Below, piece after piece: positions 26,303 through 35,637 of a stretch of DNA of 46,151 bases (the stretch's first letter is position 1; every line of letters starts with the position of its first letter). The notes under the pieces are model-generated. The model saw only the letters and a program-made list of their open reading frames with translations. It was not told where the DNA came from and did no database searches. Made by a program: the position numbers and the translations under genes. Origin of the DNA: a virus (taxonomy: Duplodnaviria; Caudoviricetes); IMG/VR virus record IMGVR_UViG_3300005538_000215, positions 1 through 46,151 of that record; one strand, given 5' to 3'.

Positions 26303-26311
26303 GGACTGTTT

Positions 26312-26728
26312 ATGCTGAAAGCCGTCGAGACGCAGCCTTTCATTGCCCCTCCGAAAGTCACGCTCGCAGGAGCCGAATACGAAATCCCGGTTCTCGCGCC
26401 GAAGCAGAACCGGATTGTCGTTCCGCTCATCGATAGCGTGTTTCCGAAGATAGAGAACGCGCGGCGTAAATCATTCGCCGATCCGGCCGACGAAAAGAAG
26501 GGTGTCGTCGCCTATCGCTGGATGGTCGAATTGGTGCTGAACGGCGCCTATGACGATCTTTGCGCGGTCACGCATGCGGCGCTCACGCGCACGTTGCCGG
26601 ACCTCACGCGCGCGGAATTCGACGATTGGGCGGTCGATACGTTCGAACTGCTGGCGGCTGTCGCCGTGATTGCGCGGCAGGCGGGGCTTATCAGGGATGT
26701 GGTGACGGCGACAAAGCCGTCAGCGTAG
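26312..26728 (+). CDS. Tail assembly chaperone, short paralog
   Basis: GAGGA RBS; VTLAGAEYEIPVLAPKQN...LPDLTRAEFDDW aligns with the previous gene. Confidence 0.7.
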   Translation: MLKAVETQPFIAPPKVTLAGAEYEIPVLAPKQNRIVVPLIDSVFPKIENARRKSFADPADEKKGVVAYRWMVELVLNGAYDDLCAVTHAALTRTLPDLTRAEFDDWAVDTFELLAAVAVIARQAGLIRDVVTATKPSA

Positions 26729-27124
26729 CGGCCATATGCGAGGTGCGTTGGTGCGGAAGGACCATTCGTTGATGGTGCCCCGCCCGTAGAATCCGCCGTC
26801 GCGGTCGCGCCAGCCCCAAGAACCGTCCGGCGTGCTGAAAACCTGATCCGCGTGGTCTCCGTCGTCGCAGTTCCACAATTCGCAGCCGTACCAGAGGAAC
26901 GTTTCTTTCCATGCACCGCCCGTCAGCGGTTGCAGCGAAAACACGTAATCGTGCGCGCCATAGCCGCGCGCAACGCCATACAGGCTGCCACGAACCTGGG
27001 CCACGCCGACGACGTGCCCCCATGCGCGGTAGATCGGTGCGCAGCCGGTCTTTGTACAGCGGTCCACGTCCGCGCCATTTGCGAGATAGATGACGGAAGC
27101 CATCAATAGCGGCAGTGGCGACAA
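26720..27124 (-). CDS. Reverse-oriented moron, Trp/Gly/Cys-rich, possibly exported
   Basis: GGGGGA RBS then TTG at 27124: MSPLPLLMASVIYLANGADVDRCTKTGC...; fills the chaperone to tape-measure gap. Confidence 0.6.
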   Translation of the reverse strand: MSPLPLLMASVIYLANGADVDRCTKTGCAPIYRAWGHVVGVAQVRGSLYGVARGYGAHDYVFSLQPLTGGAWKETFLWYGCELWNCDDGDHADQVFSTPDGSWGWRDRDGGFYGRGTINEWSFRTNAPRIWPLR

Positions 27125-27157
27125 GTGAAATCCCCCAAAAGCGTCAGGAATTAAAGT

Positions 27158-29494
27158 ATGGCCGATAACATTTCTGTCAAGATCACTGCCGATGTCGTCG
27201 ACCTGCAATCGCAGTTCGCGGTCGCGCGCTCGGAATCTTCCGCCCTCACGCAGGAGCTGAACAAGCTCGCCCGGCAGGCGGCAAGCACCGGCCTGACCGA
27301 CGAGCTGAAAGGGCAGCTTGACGCCGCGGCAGAAGCGATGCTCCAGGCGAAGGCCCGGACGGCAGATCTGTCCGCGCAGTTGAAAGAGGCGCAGGGGTCC
27401 TCGTCCGCCATGGCGCAGGACCTCGACAAAGACGCAGCGCTCGTCGATCGCGCGTTCGTGCGGATGGCCGCGGCTGCCGCCGCGTACAAGGCCATCGATC
27501 TCGTCGACAACTCCATCGAATACGCGGCCAGCATCCAGCACATGTCGGAAGTGCTTGGGATTTCCGGCGACGATCTGCAGGCGTTCTACTACGCCATGCG
27601 GCAGACCGGTGGCACGACCGACGAAGCCGACACCATCCTGCGCCGGTTCATGGCGAATCTCGGCGGGGCCGCAGACGGCACGCTTCCGCAGGCAGAGAAG
27701 GCGATCGAGGCGGTCGGCCTGACGGTCGACGAACTACAGGGCTCACCCACCGCGGCGCTTCAGAAGCTTGCGGCGGGCATTCTCGCCGTCAAGGACCCGA
27801 CCGAACAGGCCCGCCTCGAAATGGAGCTTGCGGGGCGTTCCGGCGAAGACCTGCGCCCGGTTCTTGAAGCGCTCGCCGGCGGCTTCGATGCCATGAAGGA
27901 AAAGGCCCAGGCCGCCGGGCAGGTGCTCGACGCAGACACGCGGAAGGGCGCCGAAGACGCTGAGATCGCCATCAGCAATGCGAAGACTGCGATAGAGGGT
28001 TTGCTCGCAGAAGGCGTTGTGGACTGGGCCCATGCCGCGGGTGAAGCCTTCGACTGGCTCGCGCCGAAAGCCGAGGCGCTCGGTCGCGCCTTTGCCTCCA
28101 TCATGGGTGCGCCGGTTGACAAAGGCGCGCCGACGAGTGCCCCGGACTGGCTGAAATCGCACCAGGGCAATCTGCCGTCGACGGCTGGCGGCCTCGGCCT
28201 CGACATGCAGACGCCGCAGATGCCGGAGGTAACGCCTCCGACCATCGAGAGCGAAGGCCAGGCGAACAAGACAGCCGAGATCGCCCGCCGGCTATCCGAC
28301 GCAATTGCACAGGCGGCCGAACAGCTTGCGCTCAAGCAGATTTCCGCCGCCGAATCCGCCAACAATTTCGAACTGCAGATGGGGCAGGAAAGCCTTGAGC
28401 AGTGGAAGGCGAAAGCCGTCGAAGAAGCGGACGCGAAGTACAACGCGGAACTAACCTACCTTCAGCGAAAAGCCGCGGCCGACAAAGGTAATGTCGTCGA
28501 GGAACAGAAAGACCTCGACCAGATCAAGGCGCTCCATCAGGAGCACGCGAACGCGCTGCAGGAAATCGACCAGCAATACGCGCAGAAGAAGCAGCAGGTC
28601 GACCGCGAGGAATTGCAGGAATTCCTCTCCGCGGAGAACGCGAAGCTGCAGGACGCGCTGCGCACGCTCAACGCCGAATTCAGCGAGCACAAGATCAGCG
28701 CCGATCAGCGCTACCAGCTCGAACAGCAGCTCACCAACGAAATCTACGGCGAGGAACTGAAGCGCCTCGACGTGCTGCTCGCCACGCTCACGCAAGGCAC
28801 GAAAGCGTACGAAGACGCGATCAAGGAGCGCGAGAAGGTCGAGCAGGAATTCACCAAGCAGTCCATCGCGAACACCAACCAGCTCGAGACCCAGGAAGCG
28901 CAGAAGTGGACGCAGCTCGGCAACAGCATCAAGTCGAGCTTCAATTCCGCGCTCGACGGGATGCTTTTCGAGGGCAAGACCTTCGGGCAGGGCATGCTCG
29001 AAATAGCCGAAGGCATCATCAAGGCCTTCCTCAATATGGGCGAGACGATCGCGGAGAACTGGATCGAAACACAGATCGCGTCGATGTTTGAAACCAAAAC
29101 CACGCAGGGCACGACCGCGCTTGGGGAAGTGTCCGACGCCGCGGCTGTCGCTGGCGCGAATGCCTACGCGGCGTATGCTGCGATGCCCCCCGTCGCGGCG
29201 GCAATGGCCGCGGATGCCGTGTCCACAACCATGGGGTTTGCCAGCCTCATCGCGCTCGAAACCGGCACGAACTACGTTCCCCGCGATATGCCGGCATTCC
29301 TGCACAGGGGTGAGGCCGTCATTCCGGCGCGGTACAACAACACGAACAATAACAGCAGCGACGTTGCGTTGAACTATTCCCCGACCATCAATTCGCGTGA
29401 GCCCGCAACGCTTGGGCAAATGCTGCAGACACACGGGCACGAAATGCACGCTTGGATTCGCCGCGAGTTCCGCAATGGCGCCTTGCGCGCCTGA
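27158..29494 (+). CDS. Tape measure protein
   Basis: 778 aa, Ala/Glu/Gln-rich helical; C-terminal GTNYVPRDMPAFLHRGEAVIP motif. Confidence 0.92.
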   Translation: MADNISVKITADVVDLQSQFAVARSESSALTQELNKLARQAASTGLTDELKGQLDAAAEAMLQAKARTADLSAQLKEAQGSSSAMAQDLDKDAALVDRAFVRMAAAAAAYKAIDLVDNSIEYAASIQHMSEVLGISGDDLQAFYYAMRQTGGTTDEADTILRRFMANLGGAADGTLPQAEKAIEAVGLTVDELQGSPTAALQKLAAGILAVKDPTEQARLEMELAGRSGEDLRPVLEALAGGFDAMKEKAQAAGQVLDADTRKGAEDAEIAISNAKTAIEGLLAEGVVDWAHAAGEAFDWLAPKAEALGRAFASIMGAPVDKGAPTSAPDWLKSHQGNLPSTAGGLGLDMQTPQMPEVTPPTIESEGQANKTAEIARRLSDAIAQAAEQLALKQISAAESANNFELQMGQESLEQWKAKAVEEADAKYNAELTYLQRKAAADKGNVVEEQKDLDQIKALHQEHANALQEIDQQYAQKKQQVDREELQEFLSAENAKLQDALRTLNAEFSEHKISADQRYQLEQQLTNEIYGEELKRLDVLLATLTQGTKAYEDAIKEREKVEQEFTKQSIANTNQLETQEAQKWTQLGNSIKSSFNSALDGMLFEGKTFGQGMLEIAEGIIKAFLNMGETIAENWIETQIASMFETKTTQGTTALGEVSDAAAVAGANAYAAYAAMPPVAAAMAADAVSTTMGFASLIALETGTNYVPRDMPAFLHRGEAVIPARYNNTNNNSSDVALNYSPTINSREPATLGQMLQTHGHEMHAWIRREFRNGALRA

Positions 29495-29506
29495 GCGAGG
29501 GCGCGC

Positions 29507-30169
29507 ATGTTCACCTACCCCCGCAATCTTCCCGGGCTCGCCTATTCCAAAATCCGGCGGCCGAAGCACGGCATCTCCGTGCAGACCCACCAGTCGGGCG
29601 GCGAAGTGCGCATGTCCTACTGGTCGGAACCGCTGTGGGAATGGGACCTCACATACGAGCTGCTGCGCGACGGATTCCGTTACGGGCGCAATTTCGATGA
29701 GCTGAAGCAGATCGAGGGGCTGTTCCTTGCCTGCACGGGAAGTCTCACGGGCTTCCAGTTTCACGACGACGACGACAACCGGGTCACGCGAACGCTCGCG
29801 GCAGAAACCGACGGCACGACAACGGCCTTCACGCTGAAACGCTATCGCGGTTCTTATGCCGGGGGACAACCCCTTGGTGTCGAAGCGATCGGCGTTCTGG
29901 ACCTCTCGCAGCCGTTCAATCTGTACTTCAACTTGCAATCGGAAATCATCGATCCGAACGACCCGACATACGGCTACACGCTCGACACGTCGACGCCGAA
30001 GAACCAGCAGATTGTTTTCAATTCGGCGCCGCCAAACGGACACACGCTCGTCTGCGATATGTCGTACTTTTTCTATGTCCGCTTCCAGGCGGATTCGCTT
30101 GATCTCGAAAAATTCATGCATCAGCTGTGGTCGCTGAAAAAAGTGACCCTCGTATCGCTCCGGTATTGA
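29507..30169 (+). CDS. Distal tail protein (DUF2460-like)
   Basis: SGGEVR..W..PLWEWDLTY, FQFHD, VRFQAD; follows tape measure. Confidence 0.85.
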   Translation: MFTYPRNLPGLAYSKIRRPKHGISVQTHQSGGEVRMSYWSEPLWEWDLTYELLRDGFRYGRNFDELKQIEGLFLACTGSLTGFQFHDDDDNRVTRTLAAETDGTTTAFTLKRYRGSYAGGQPLGVEAIGVLDLSQPFNLYFNLQSEIIDPNDPTYGYTLDTSTPKNQQIVFNSAPPNGHTLVCDMSYFFYVRFQADSLDLEKFMHQLWSLKKVTLVSLRY

Positions 30170-30170
30170 T

Positions 30171-31088
30171 GTGCGCGAATTCGTCAATTACACGGATTCC
30201 GGCGGCCCGGCATTCCTGAATTCGCTGCGCGGCGCCCCGGGGCAGGTGATTGCCCGGGCGGTTGCCGAACTCTTCACGATCACGCTTGCCACAGGCACCA
30301 TCTATCGCTGGACTTCGTACGACAAAAGCCTGACGGTGATTTCGAATACCTGGCTGGCGCCCATCGACGGCGGTGCGCTCGTCACCTGCAACCGGCTTGG
30401 CGTGAAGAACACGGTCGAGGTTCCGGAACTGGAATTCCGCCTTGGCTGTTCGGATTCCCTGCTCGGAAACCTGAAGGCGCAGATTCACAACGGCCTGTTC
30501 GATGGCGCGACGGTCGAAATGGACCGCGTTTACATGCCGGCGGACGGTGATACCAGGTACGGCTACATCGTCCTGTTTTCCGGGCGGCTTGCAGGCGTGA
30601 CGATCGATGCGGAAGGCATCACGATCACCACCAAGGGCCACAACGTGCTGATGAACCAGCAGGCCCCGCGCAATCTGTACCAGACGAACTGCCTGCATAC
30701 GTTCTGCGATCCGGGCTGCACGCTTCTGGCCTCGAATTACACCTTCACCGGGCTGACCTATATCGGCGGCGGCGACGCAAAGCATCTGCGCTGGACCGTG
30801 CCGGCCGGATTTACCGCCTCGCAGTTCACGCTCGGCAAGGTGACGATGACGAGTGGCCCGGCAAGCGGGCAAATCCGTACCGTTTCTCTTGCGGTGGCAC
30901 TGGACCTGATCTTCACCTACCCGCTGTACACGGCACCGAACGTCAACGACACGTTCGATATCCTGATGGGCTGCGACCGGCAGCTCGCAAGTTGCCAGAC
31001 GCGCAAGACAGCAGGCGGCTCAAGCGTCGACAATTCGCAGCATTACCGGGGCTTCCCATTCGTCCCGCAGGCCGAGCTGGCTGTGTAA
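30171..31088 (+). CDS. Tail hub protein (DUF2163 + BR0599-type Cys C-terminus)
   Basis: GLFDGA, CLHTFCDPGC, GCDRQLASC, YRGFPFVP. Confidence 0.9.
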   Translation: MREFVNYTDSGGPAFLNSLRGAPGQVIARAVAELFTITLATGTIYRWTSYDKSLTVISNTWLAPIDGGALVTCNRLGVKNTVEVPELEFRLGCSDSLLGNLKAQIHNGLFDGATVEMDRVYMPADGDTRYGYIVLFSGRLAGVTIDAEGITITTKGHNVLMNQQAPRNLYQTNCLHTFCDPGCTLLASNYTFTGLTYIGGGDAKHLRWTVPAGFTASQFTLGKVTMTSGPASGQIRTVSLAVALDLIFTYPLYTAPNVNDTFDILMGCDRQLASCQTRKTAGGSSVDNSQHYRGFPFVPQAELAV

Positions 31089-31099
31089 GGGAGACAGGT

Positions 31100-31486
31100 A
31101 TGGCGAACGAGAAGAAATTCTTTTGCGTTTACGGGTTCGATACCCTGAAAACGGATTACGAATGTGTGGGTGCATTCACGCTCCGGGCTGACGCAGAGGC
31201 CTTTTCTGCCGCGTGTGATGCGGAGGCAGCGGGGGATAGCAAGCAGTACACTCGTTTCCCGGTCGTTACGCGCACAATGGCGGAAATGATCGATGCGGAA
31301 ATCAAGGTTCGGCTTGGGCGGCTTGCCGATATTCTATTTGAGAAGGAACAGGCGGAACTTGATGCTAGGCAGCAGGACGCCGAGAGAACTGGCGCGAGCA
31401 TAGCGTTCGCTTCCCGGCAGCTTGGAAATTTCCGCGAACTTTACACCCATGGCAAATTGCCTGTGCATGTCTCCAAACGAAGCTGA
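31100..31486 (+). CDS. Inserted hypothetical protein
   Basis: GGGAG/AGG RBS; interrupts the DUF2163-NlpC pair. Confidence 0.6.
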   Translation: MANEKKFFCVYGFDTLKTDYECVGAFTLRADAEAFSAACDAEAAGDSKQYTRFPVVTRTMAEMIDAEIKVRLGRLADILFEKEQAELDARQQDAERTGASIAFASRQLGNFRELYTHGKLPVHVSKRS

Positions 31487-31952
31487 AGAGCGCGCGCACG
31501 TCTGCGCTATCGCGGAAACATGGCTCGGCACGCCGTTCCGCGATCAGGGCAAAGTCAGGGGGCCAAGCGGCGCCGTCGATTGTGCGATGCTGCTGGTCGC
31601 GACGTTTCAGGAAGCCGGGCTTGTCGATCCGGCGTTCGATCCTCGCCCCTATCCTCCACAATGGCATCTCCATCGCGACGAAGAGCGGTTCCTGAATGTC
31701 ATTGACGGGCTGTTGAAGGCGCGGGGGCGAGGCGCGGAAGTACAGCGCGAGCCGATCCCGGGTGACGTAATCGTCTATCGGGTTGCCCGCTGTTTCTCGC
31801 ATGGCGGCATCATCGTGGAGAACAACCACGTCGTGCACGCCTATTACCGCTCGCAGCGTGTCGCGCTTTCCGGCCTGAACGAAGTCGAACTCGCCTGCCT
31901 TCCCGACGGCAAGCCAAGGCCGCGGAAAATCTTCGATCTCTGGGCGCACTGA
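31467..31952 (+). CDS. NlpC/P60 tail-associated peptidase
   Basis: WLGTPF, VDCAMLL, PGDVIVY, SHGGI, VVHAY. Confidence 0.92.
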   Translation: MSPNEAEERAHVCAIAETWLGTPFRDQGKVRGPSGAVDCAMLLVATFQEAGLVDPAFDPRPYPPQWHLHRDEERFLNVIDGLLKARGRGAEVQREPIPGDVIVYRVARCFSHGGIIVENNHVVHAYYRSQRVALSGLNEVELACLPDGKPRPRKIFDLWAH

Positions 31953-31955
31953 TTC

Positions 31956-33452
31956 ATGCTCCGCAAATGCCTTCTCGCGTGCGCGAGCGCGCTGGTTCTG
32001 GTCGGCGGAATCGCCGCGGCGGACGGGTTCGGCGCATGGCGCCATCATCCGCACGAAGCGGTCGCGCAGATCGCGAACGACCTCATGGTCGCGTCGTTTC
32101 TTTCGGGCATGTCGGGAACGAATTCGTCTGGTTCCACGGTCTACACCGGCATCCAGCTTCAGACCTCGGCGCAAGGGGTGCCGATCCAGATCGTCTGGGG
32201 CAAGAACCGCATCGCCCCCAACCTGATCTATTACGGCAATTTCCAGGCCCAAAAGCAGTCGGGCAAGGGCGCGGGCGGCAAGGGCGGCACGAAAGGCAGC
32301 GGGAACTACACCTACACGGCTTCCGTGATACTCGCACTCTGCGAAGGGCCGATCGACCGTGTTGAAGCCGTGTGGGCCGACCAAACGGAGTATTTTTATT
32401 CCGGCGGCGTCAGCCAGGGGCTTGTAAAGCTCAACCTCACGCTCGCATTTGGCACGGCGTCACAGGGCGTCGAGTTGTCAACGCCGCCGAACACAAACAC
32501 GGTGGCCTATGCCTACACCGCGTATGTGTACACGGAGACCTACAAACTCGGCTCAAGCGCAGCGCTTCCCAACCATAATTTCGAGGTGGCTGGCATTCTC
32601 GCCTACACGGCACCGGGCGGGTTGGGAGATGCAAATCCGGCCGACATCGTCGACGATTTTCTGACGAATGCGCAGTATGGGCTGCCGGGCCTTCCATCCT
32701 CCGTCATCGACGCGACGAGCCTCGCCTTCTACAAAACCTATTGCCAGGCGCAGGGGATATTCTTCTCTCCGGTCATTGGCGGCGACAACGGGCAGGAGCA
32801 GTGCTCGCAGATTCTTGACCGCTGGGCCTCGTTGTCCAACACCTGGATTTTCTGGTCGGGCAACGTATTCAAATTCGTGCCGCTCGGCGATTCCGCGATC
32901 ACGAACAACGGCGTCACGTACACGCCGAATCTGACCATCCAGTACAACCTCACCTACGACGATTTCATCGCCACGAAGGTCAAGCAGGGTTCGTCGAGCG
33001 GTGATGGAGCTAGCAAGACCGGCGATGGCGGTCCGATCCAGGTTACCCGCGCCGATCCCGCCGATTGCCCGAACCATGTGAAGATCGAGATCAAGGACAG
33101 GGGAAATTCCTACAACGCCGCGCCCTACGAGTGGCAGGACCAGGGCCTCGTCGACCAGTTCGGCCAGATTGATTCGCAGGTCACCGAGGCCCATGAAATC
33201 TGCGAACAGTCGATCGCCGCGATCTGTTGCCAGCTCATCGGCCAGCGAGGCGCGTACATCCGCAACACCTATGCGTTCAAGCTCGGCTACGAATTCGTGC
33301 TGCTCGAGCCAGGCGATCTCGTGACCCTGACGGACCCGCATCTGGGGCTGAACCAGTTCCCGGTTCGCATCCGCTCGGTCGACGAAGACGAAAGCGGGAA
33401 CCTGTCCGTCGTGGCCGAAGAATTTCCGGGCACCATCGGAACGGCCAACTGA
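31956..33452 (+). CDS. Central tail-tip protein, N-terminal part (Phage-tail_3-like)
   Basis: PIQIVWGKNR, LALCEGPI, LPNHNFEV, ANPADIVDDFLTN, LEPGDLV. Confidence 0.88.
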   Translation: MLRKCLLACASALVLVGGIAAADGFGAWRHHPHEAVAQIANDLMVASFLSGMSGTNSSGSTVYTGIQLQTSAQGVPIQIVWGKNRIAPNLIYYGNFQAQKQSGKGAGGKGGTKGSGNYTYTASVILALCEGPIDRVEAVWADQTEYFYSGGVSQGLVKLNLTLAFGTASQGVELSTPPNTNTVAYAYTAYVYTETYKLGSSAALPNHNFEVAGILAYTAPGGLGDANPADIVDDFLTNAQYGLPGLPSSVIDATSLAFYKTYCQAQGIFFSPVIGGDNGQEQCSQILDRWASLSNTWIFWSGNVFKFVPLGDSAITNNGVTYTPNLTIQYNLTYDDFIATKVKQGSSSGDGASKTGDGGPIQVTRADPADCPNHVKIEIKDRGNSYNAAPYEWQDQGLVDQFGQIDSQVTEAHEICEQSIAAICCQLIGQRGAYIRNTYAFKLGYEFVLLEPGDLVTLTDPHLGLNQFPVRIRSVDEDESGNLSVVAEEFPGTIGTAN

Positions 33453-34471
33453 TGCCGGGCAACCAGAATTCGGCGACGAACGTCCGCAACGATCCCAACG
33501 TCGATCCCGGGCCCGTCAACCCGCCGGGCATTATCGAGCCGGCGGCGTCGTTCACCGCCGGGATCCCGCAGCTTTGGGTCGCGGCTTCCGGAGGGGCCGA
33601 CTGGGGCGGCTGCATCGTCAACGTCTCGTTCGACGGCGGCACGACCTATAAGGACATCGGCGTCATCACGCAGCCGGCGCTGCAGGGCGTGCTCACGGCC
33701 GGCATCACCTATGTCGCCGATCCGGACACGACGAACACGCTCGGCATCGATCTCACGCAATCGGCCGGAATCATGCCGACAAGCGCGACGCACGCCGATG
33801 CCGATGCGTTGCGCACCCTGGCGCTGATCAGCGACGCATTCACAACGACCGTTCCCAGCACCGGAGAGATGATTGCCTACGGCACCGCTGCGGCGACGGG
33901 ACTGTACACCAGCGACCTGACCTATCTCAGGAGGGGCGTGCTCGGCACTGTCGACCGCGGTCACTCCATCGGCGCGTTCTTCACCCGGTTCGATCTTTCC
34001 GAACTCGGCCTGCCGACGAACTCGGCGCTGATCTGGAACCTGCCGCCGCAATATATCGGCGCCTCGCTCGTCCTGAAGCTGCAGAGCTTCAACAATTTCG
34101 GCAACGCGCTCGAGGATATCTCGACCGTCACTGCCTATTCCTACACGCCAAGTGGCGGCGGTTACGGCGGCGGCAGCGGCAGTGTCCCGACCACACCGAC
34201 GGGATTTGCCGGCTATGCGCGCGGGACGAGCGGCAACGGTTACAACCAGCTCCTGTGGAACGCCAATCCGCTGGCCGATATCGTACAGTATTACACCGTG
34301 CAGCGGCGCGTGCACAGCATCGGTTCGTACACGACCATCGGCACGACGGCGAACACGATCTTCTACGACAACAGCGCCGCCACCGGCATTCAGTACGACT
34401 ACCAGCTGACGGCACACAACGCGAACGGCGACAGTTCGGCCGCCGGTCCAGTCACCATCACCACGAACTAA
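33452..34471 (+). CDS. Central tail-tip protein, C-terminal part with FN3 domain
   Basis: TGATG coupling; WGGCIVNVSFDG, LRRGVLGT, PTTPTG...YDYQLTAHNANGDS. Confidence 0.85.
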   Translation: MPGNQNSATNVRNDPNVDPGPVNPPGIIEPAASFTAGIPQLWVAASGGADWGGCIVNVSFDGGTTYKDIGVITQPALQGVLTAGITYVADPDTTNTLGIDLTQSAGIMPTSATHADADALRTLALISDAFTTTVPSTGEMIAYGTAAATGLYTSDLTYLRRGVLGTVDRGHSIGAFFTRFDLSELGLPTNSALIWNLPPQYIGASLVLKLQSFNNFGNALEDISTVTAYSYTPSGGGYGGGSGSVPTTPTGFAGYARGTSGNGYNQLLWNANPLADIVQYYTVQRRVHSIGSYTTIGTTANTIFYDNSAATGIQYDYQLTAHNANGDSSAAGPVTITTN

Positions 34472-34511
34472 GGCGCGCGCCTCCGGCGGCAGCGCATCAA
34501 AGGACTCCAGC

Positions 34512-35006
34512 ATGACAGTGCAAGGCCCCATCGTGCTCCAGGCGCCAGGACCGAACATCGTGTTCGGCACGGCGCCTTCGGGTGCGTCCTACACATCGGA
34601 TTCCAACGGCTTTATCGCCGTGCTCGGAACGACGATCAATCAGGCCAGCGATATCGCCTTTCTTCTTACCGCCGGGTGCGTCTGCCTTTCCCCCGGCGGC
34701 TTCGGCGGCAATTCGAACCAGACCGGCACGTCCTACACGGTGCAGCTCACCGACAACGCACAGGAGATTGTCTGTACGAATGCGGGCGCCTTCACGCTCA
34801 ATCTGCCGAAGACGTTCCCGGTCGGTTTCTTCGCCAATGCCACGCAGGGCGGGGCCGGCACCGTGACCGCCAACGCGCTGTCCGGCGCTTCGACCGTCGG
34901 TGCGCATCAGACCACGAGCGGACAATACCTCCAGCTCAAATGCGTGGTGATCGCTAACAGCGACGGCAATTCTGCCGTGTGGGACACGATCCGGGTGGGC
35001 GCGTAG
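34512..35006 (+). CDS. Small tail-fibre-like structural protein
   Basis: AAGGA RBS; NQTGTSYTVQLTD...TLNLP...QGGAGTVT pattern. Confidence 0.7.
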   Translation: MTVQGPIVLQAPGPNIVFGTAPSGASYTSDSNGFIAVLGTTINQASDIAFLLTAGCVCLSPGGFGGNSNQTGTSYTVQLTDNAQEIVCTNAGAFTLNLPKTFPVGFFANATQGGAGTVTANALSGASTVGAHQTTSGQYLQLKCVVIANSDGNSAVWDTIRVGA

Positions 35007-35049
35007 CACCATGCCATCGAGCAGCGAAGCGATAGGGCGTTAAATAATC

Positions 35050-35637
35050 ATGGCCCTCAACAACGCCTCCTATTCGTTCTCCTGTACGGTAAAGCAGGCG
35101 AACAACCAGCCCTACGACCTGACGGGCAAGTCGCTCGTCATGGGCTTCAAGAATTCGACGGGACCGACGGGAACCGGCTTCACCACGATCCAGACCTCCG
35201 ACAATTCCATTGCCGTACAGTCTCCGGCAACCAACGGCATCTTCGTTGGCACGCTTTCCAAGCTCCAGATGGCCGCGATGGCGCAGGGTACCTGGTACTG
35301 GGACATGCTCGACATCACCAATTCCGATTTGCCCATTGCGATGGGGGCGGGAATTCTGCTGGTGCAGCAGGGCATTACGCAGTCGGCCACGCCGGTCACG
35401 CCATCACCCGGGCTTCTCATGCCGGGCTTTTCCGATTCCATCTCGGTCGTCATGCCTGGAGATTCGATCGTCCTGACGATGGCGCCGCAGGGCCCGCCGG
35501 GAACGGGCGCGAGTTTTGCGCCGCAGAGCGTGCCGAGCGCGCCGGCGGAAGGCTTCCTCGTCTACTGCGATTCCGCCGACGGCCTTCTCAAGGCGATTTC
35601 TTCGAATGGCAACATCACGGATCTGGCGCTGCCATGA
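35050..35637 (+). CDS. Putative fibre adaptor (BppU N-terminal-like)
   Basis: PYDLTG, GTWYWDM, short PQGPPG. Confidence 0.65.
   Translation: MALNNASYSFSCTVKQANNQPYDLTGKSLVMGFKNSTGPTGTGFTTIQTSDNSIAVQSPATNGIFVGTLSKLQMAAMAQGTWYWDMLDITNSDLPIAMGAGILLVQQGITQSATPVTPSPGLLMPGFSDSISVVMPGDSIVLTMAPQGPPGTGASFAPQSVPSAPAEGFLVYCDSADGLLKAISSNGNITDLALP

Noticed and set aside
27158-33452. Gene transfer agent cluster
   Set aside because: Tail-tip genes are GTA-like, but repressor, origin, HNH/cos-type packaging and a long tape measure indicate a true phage.
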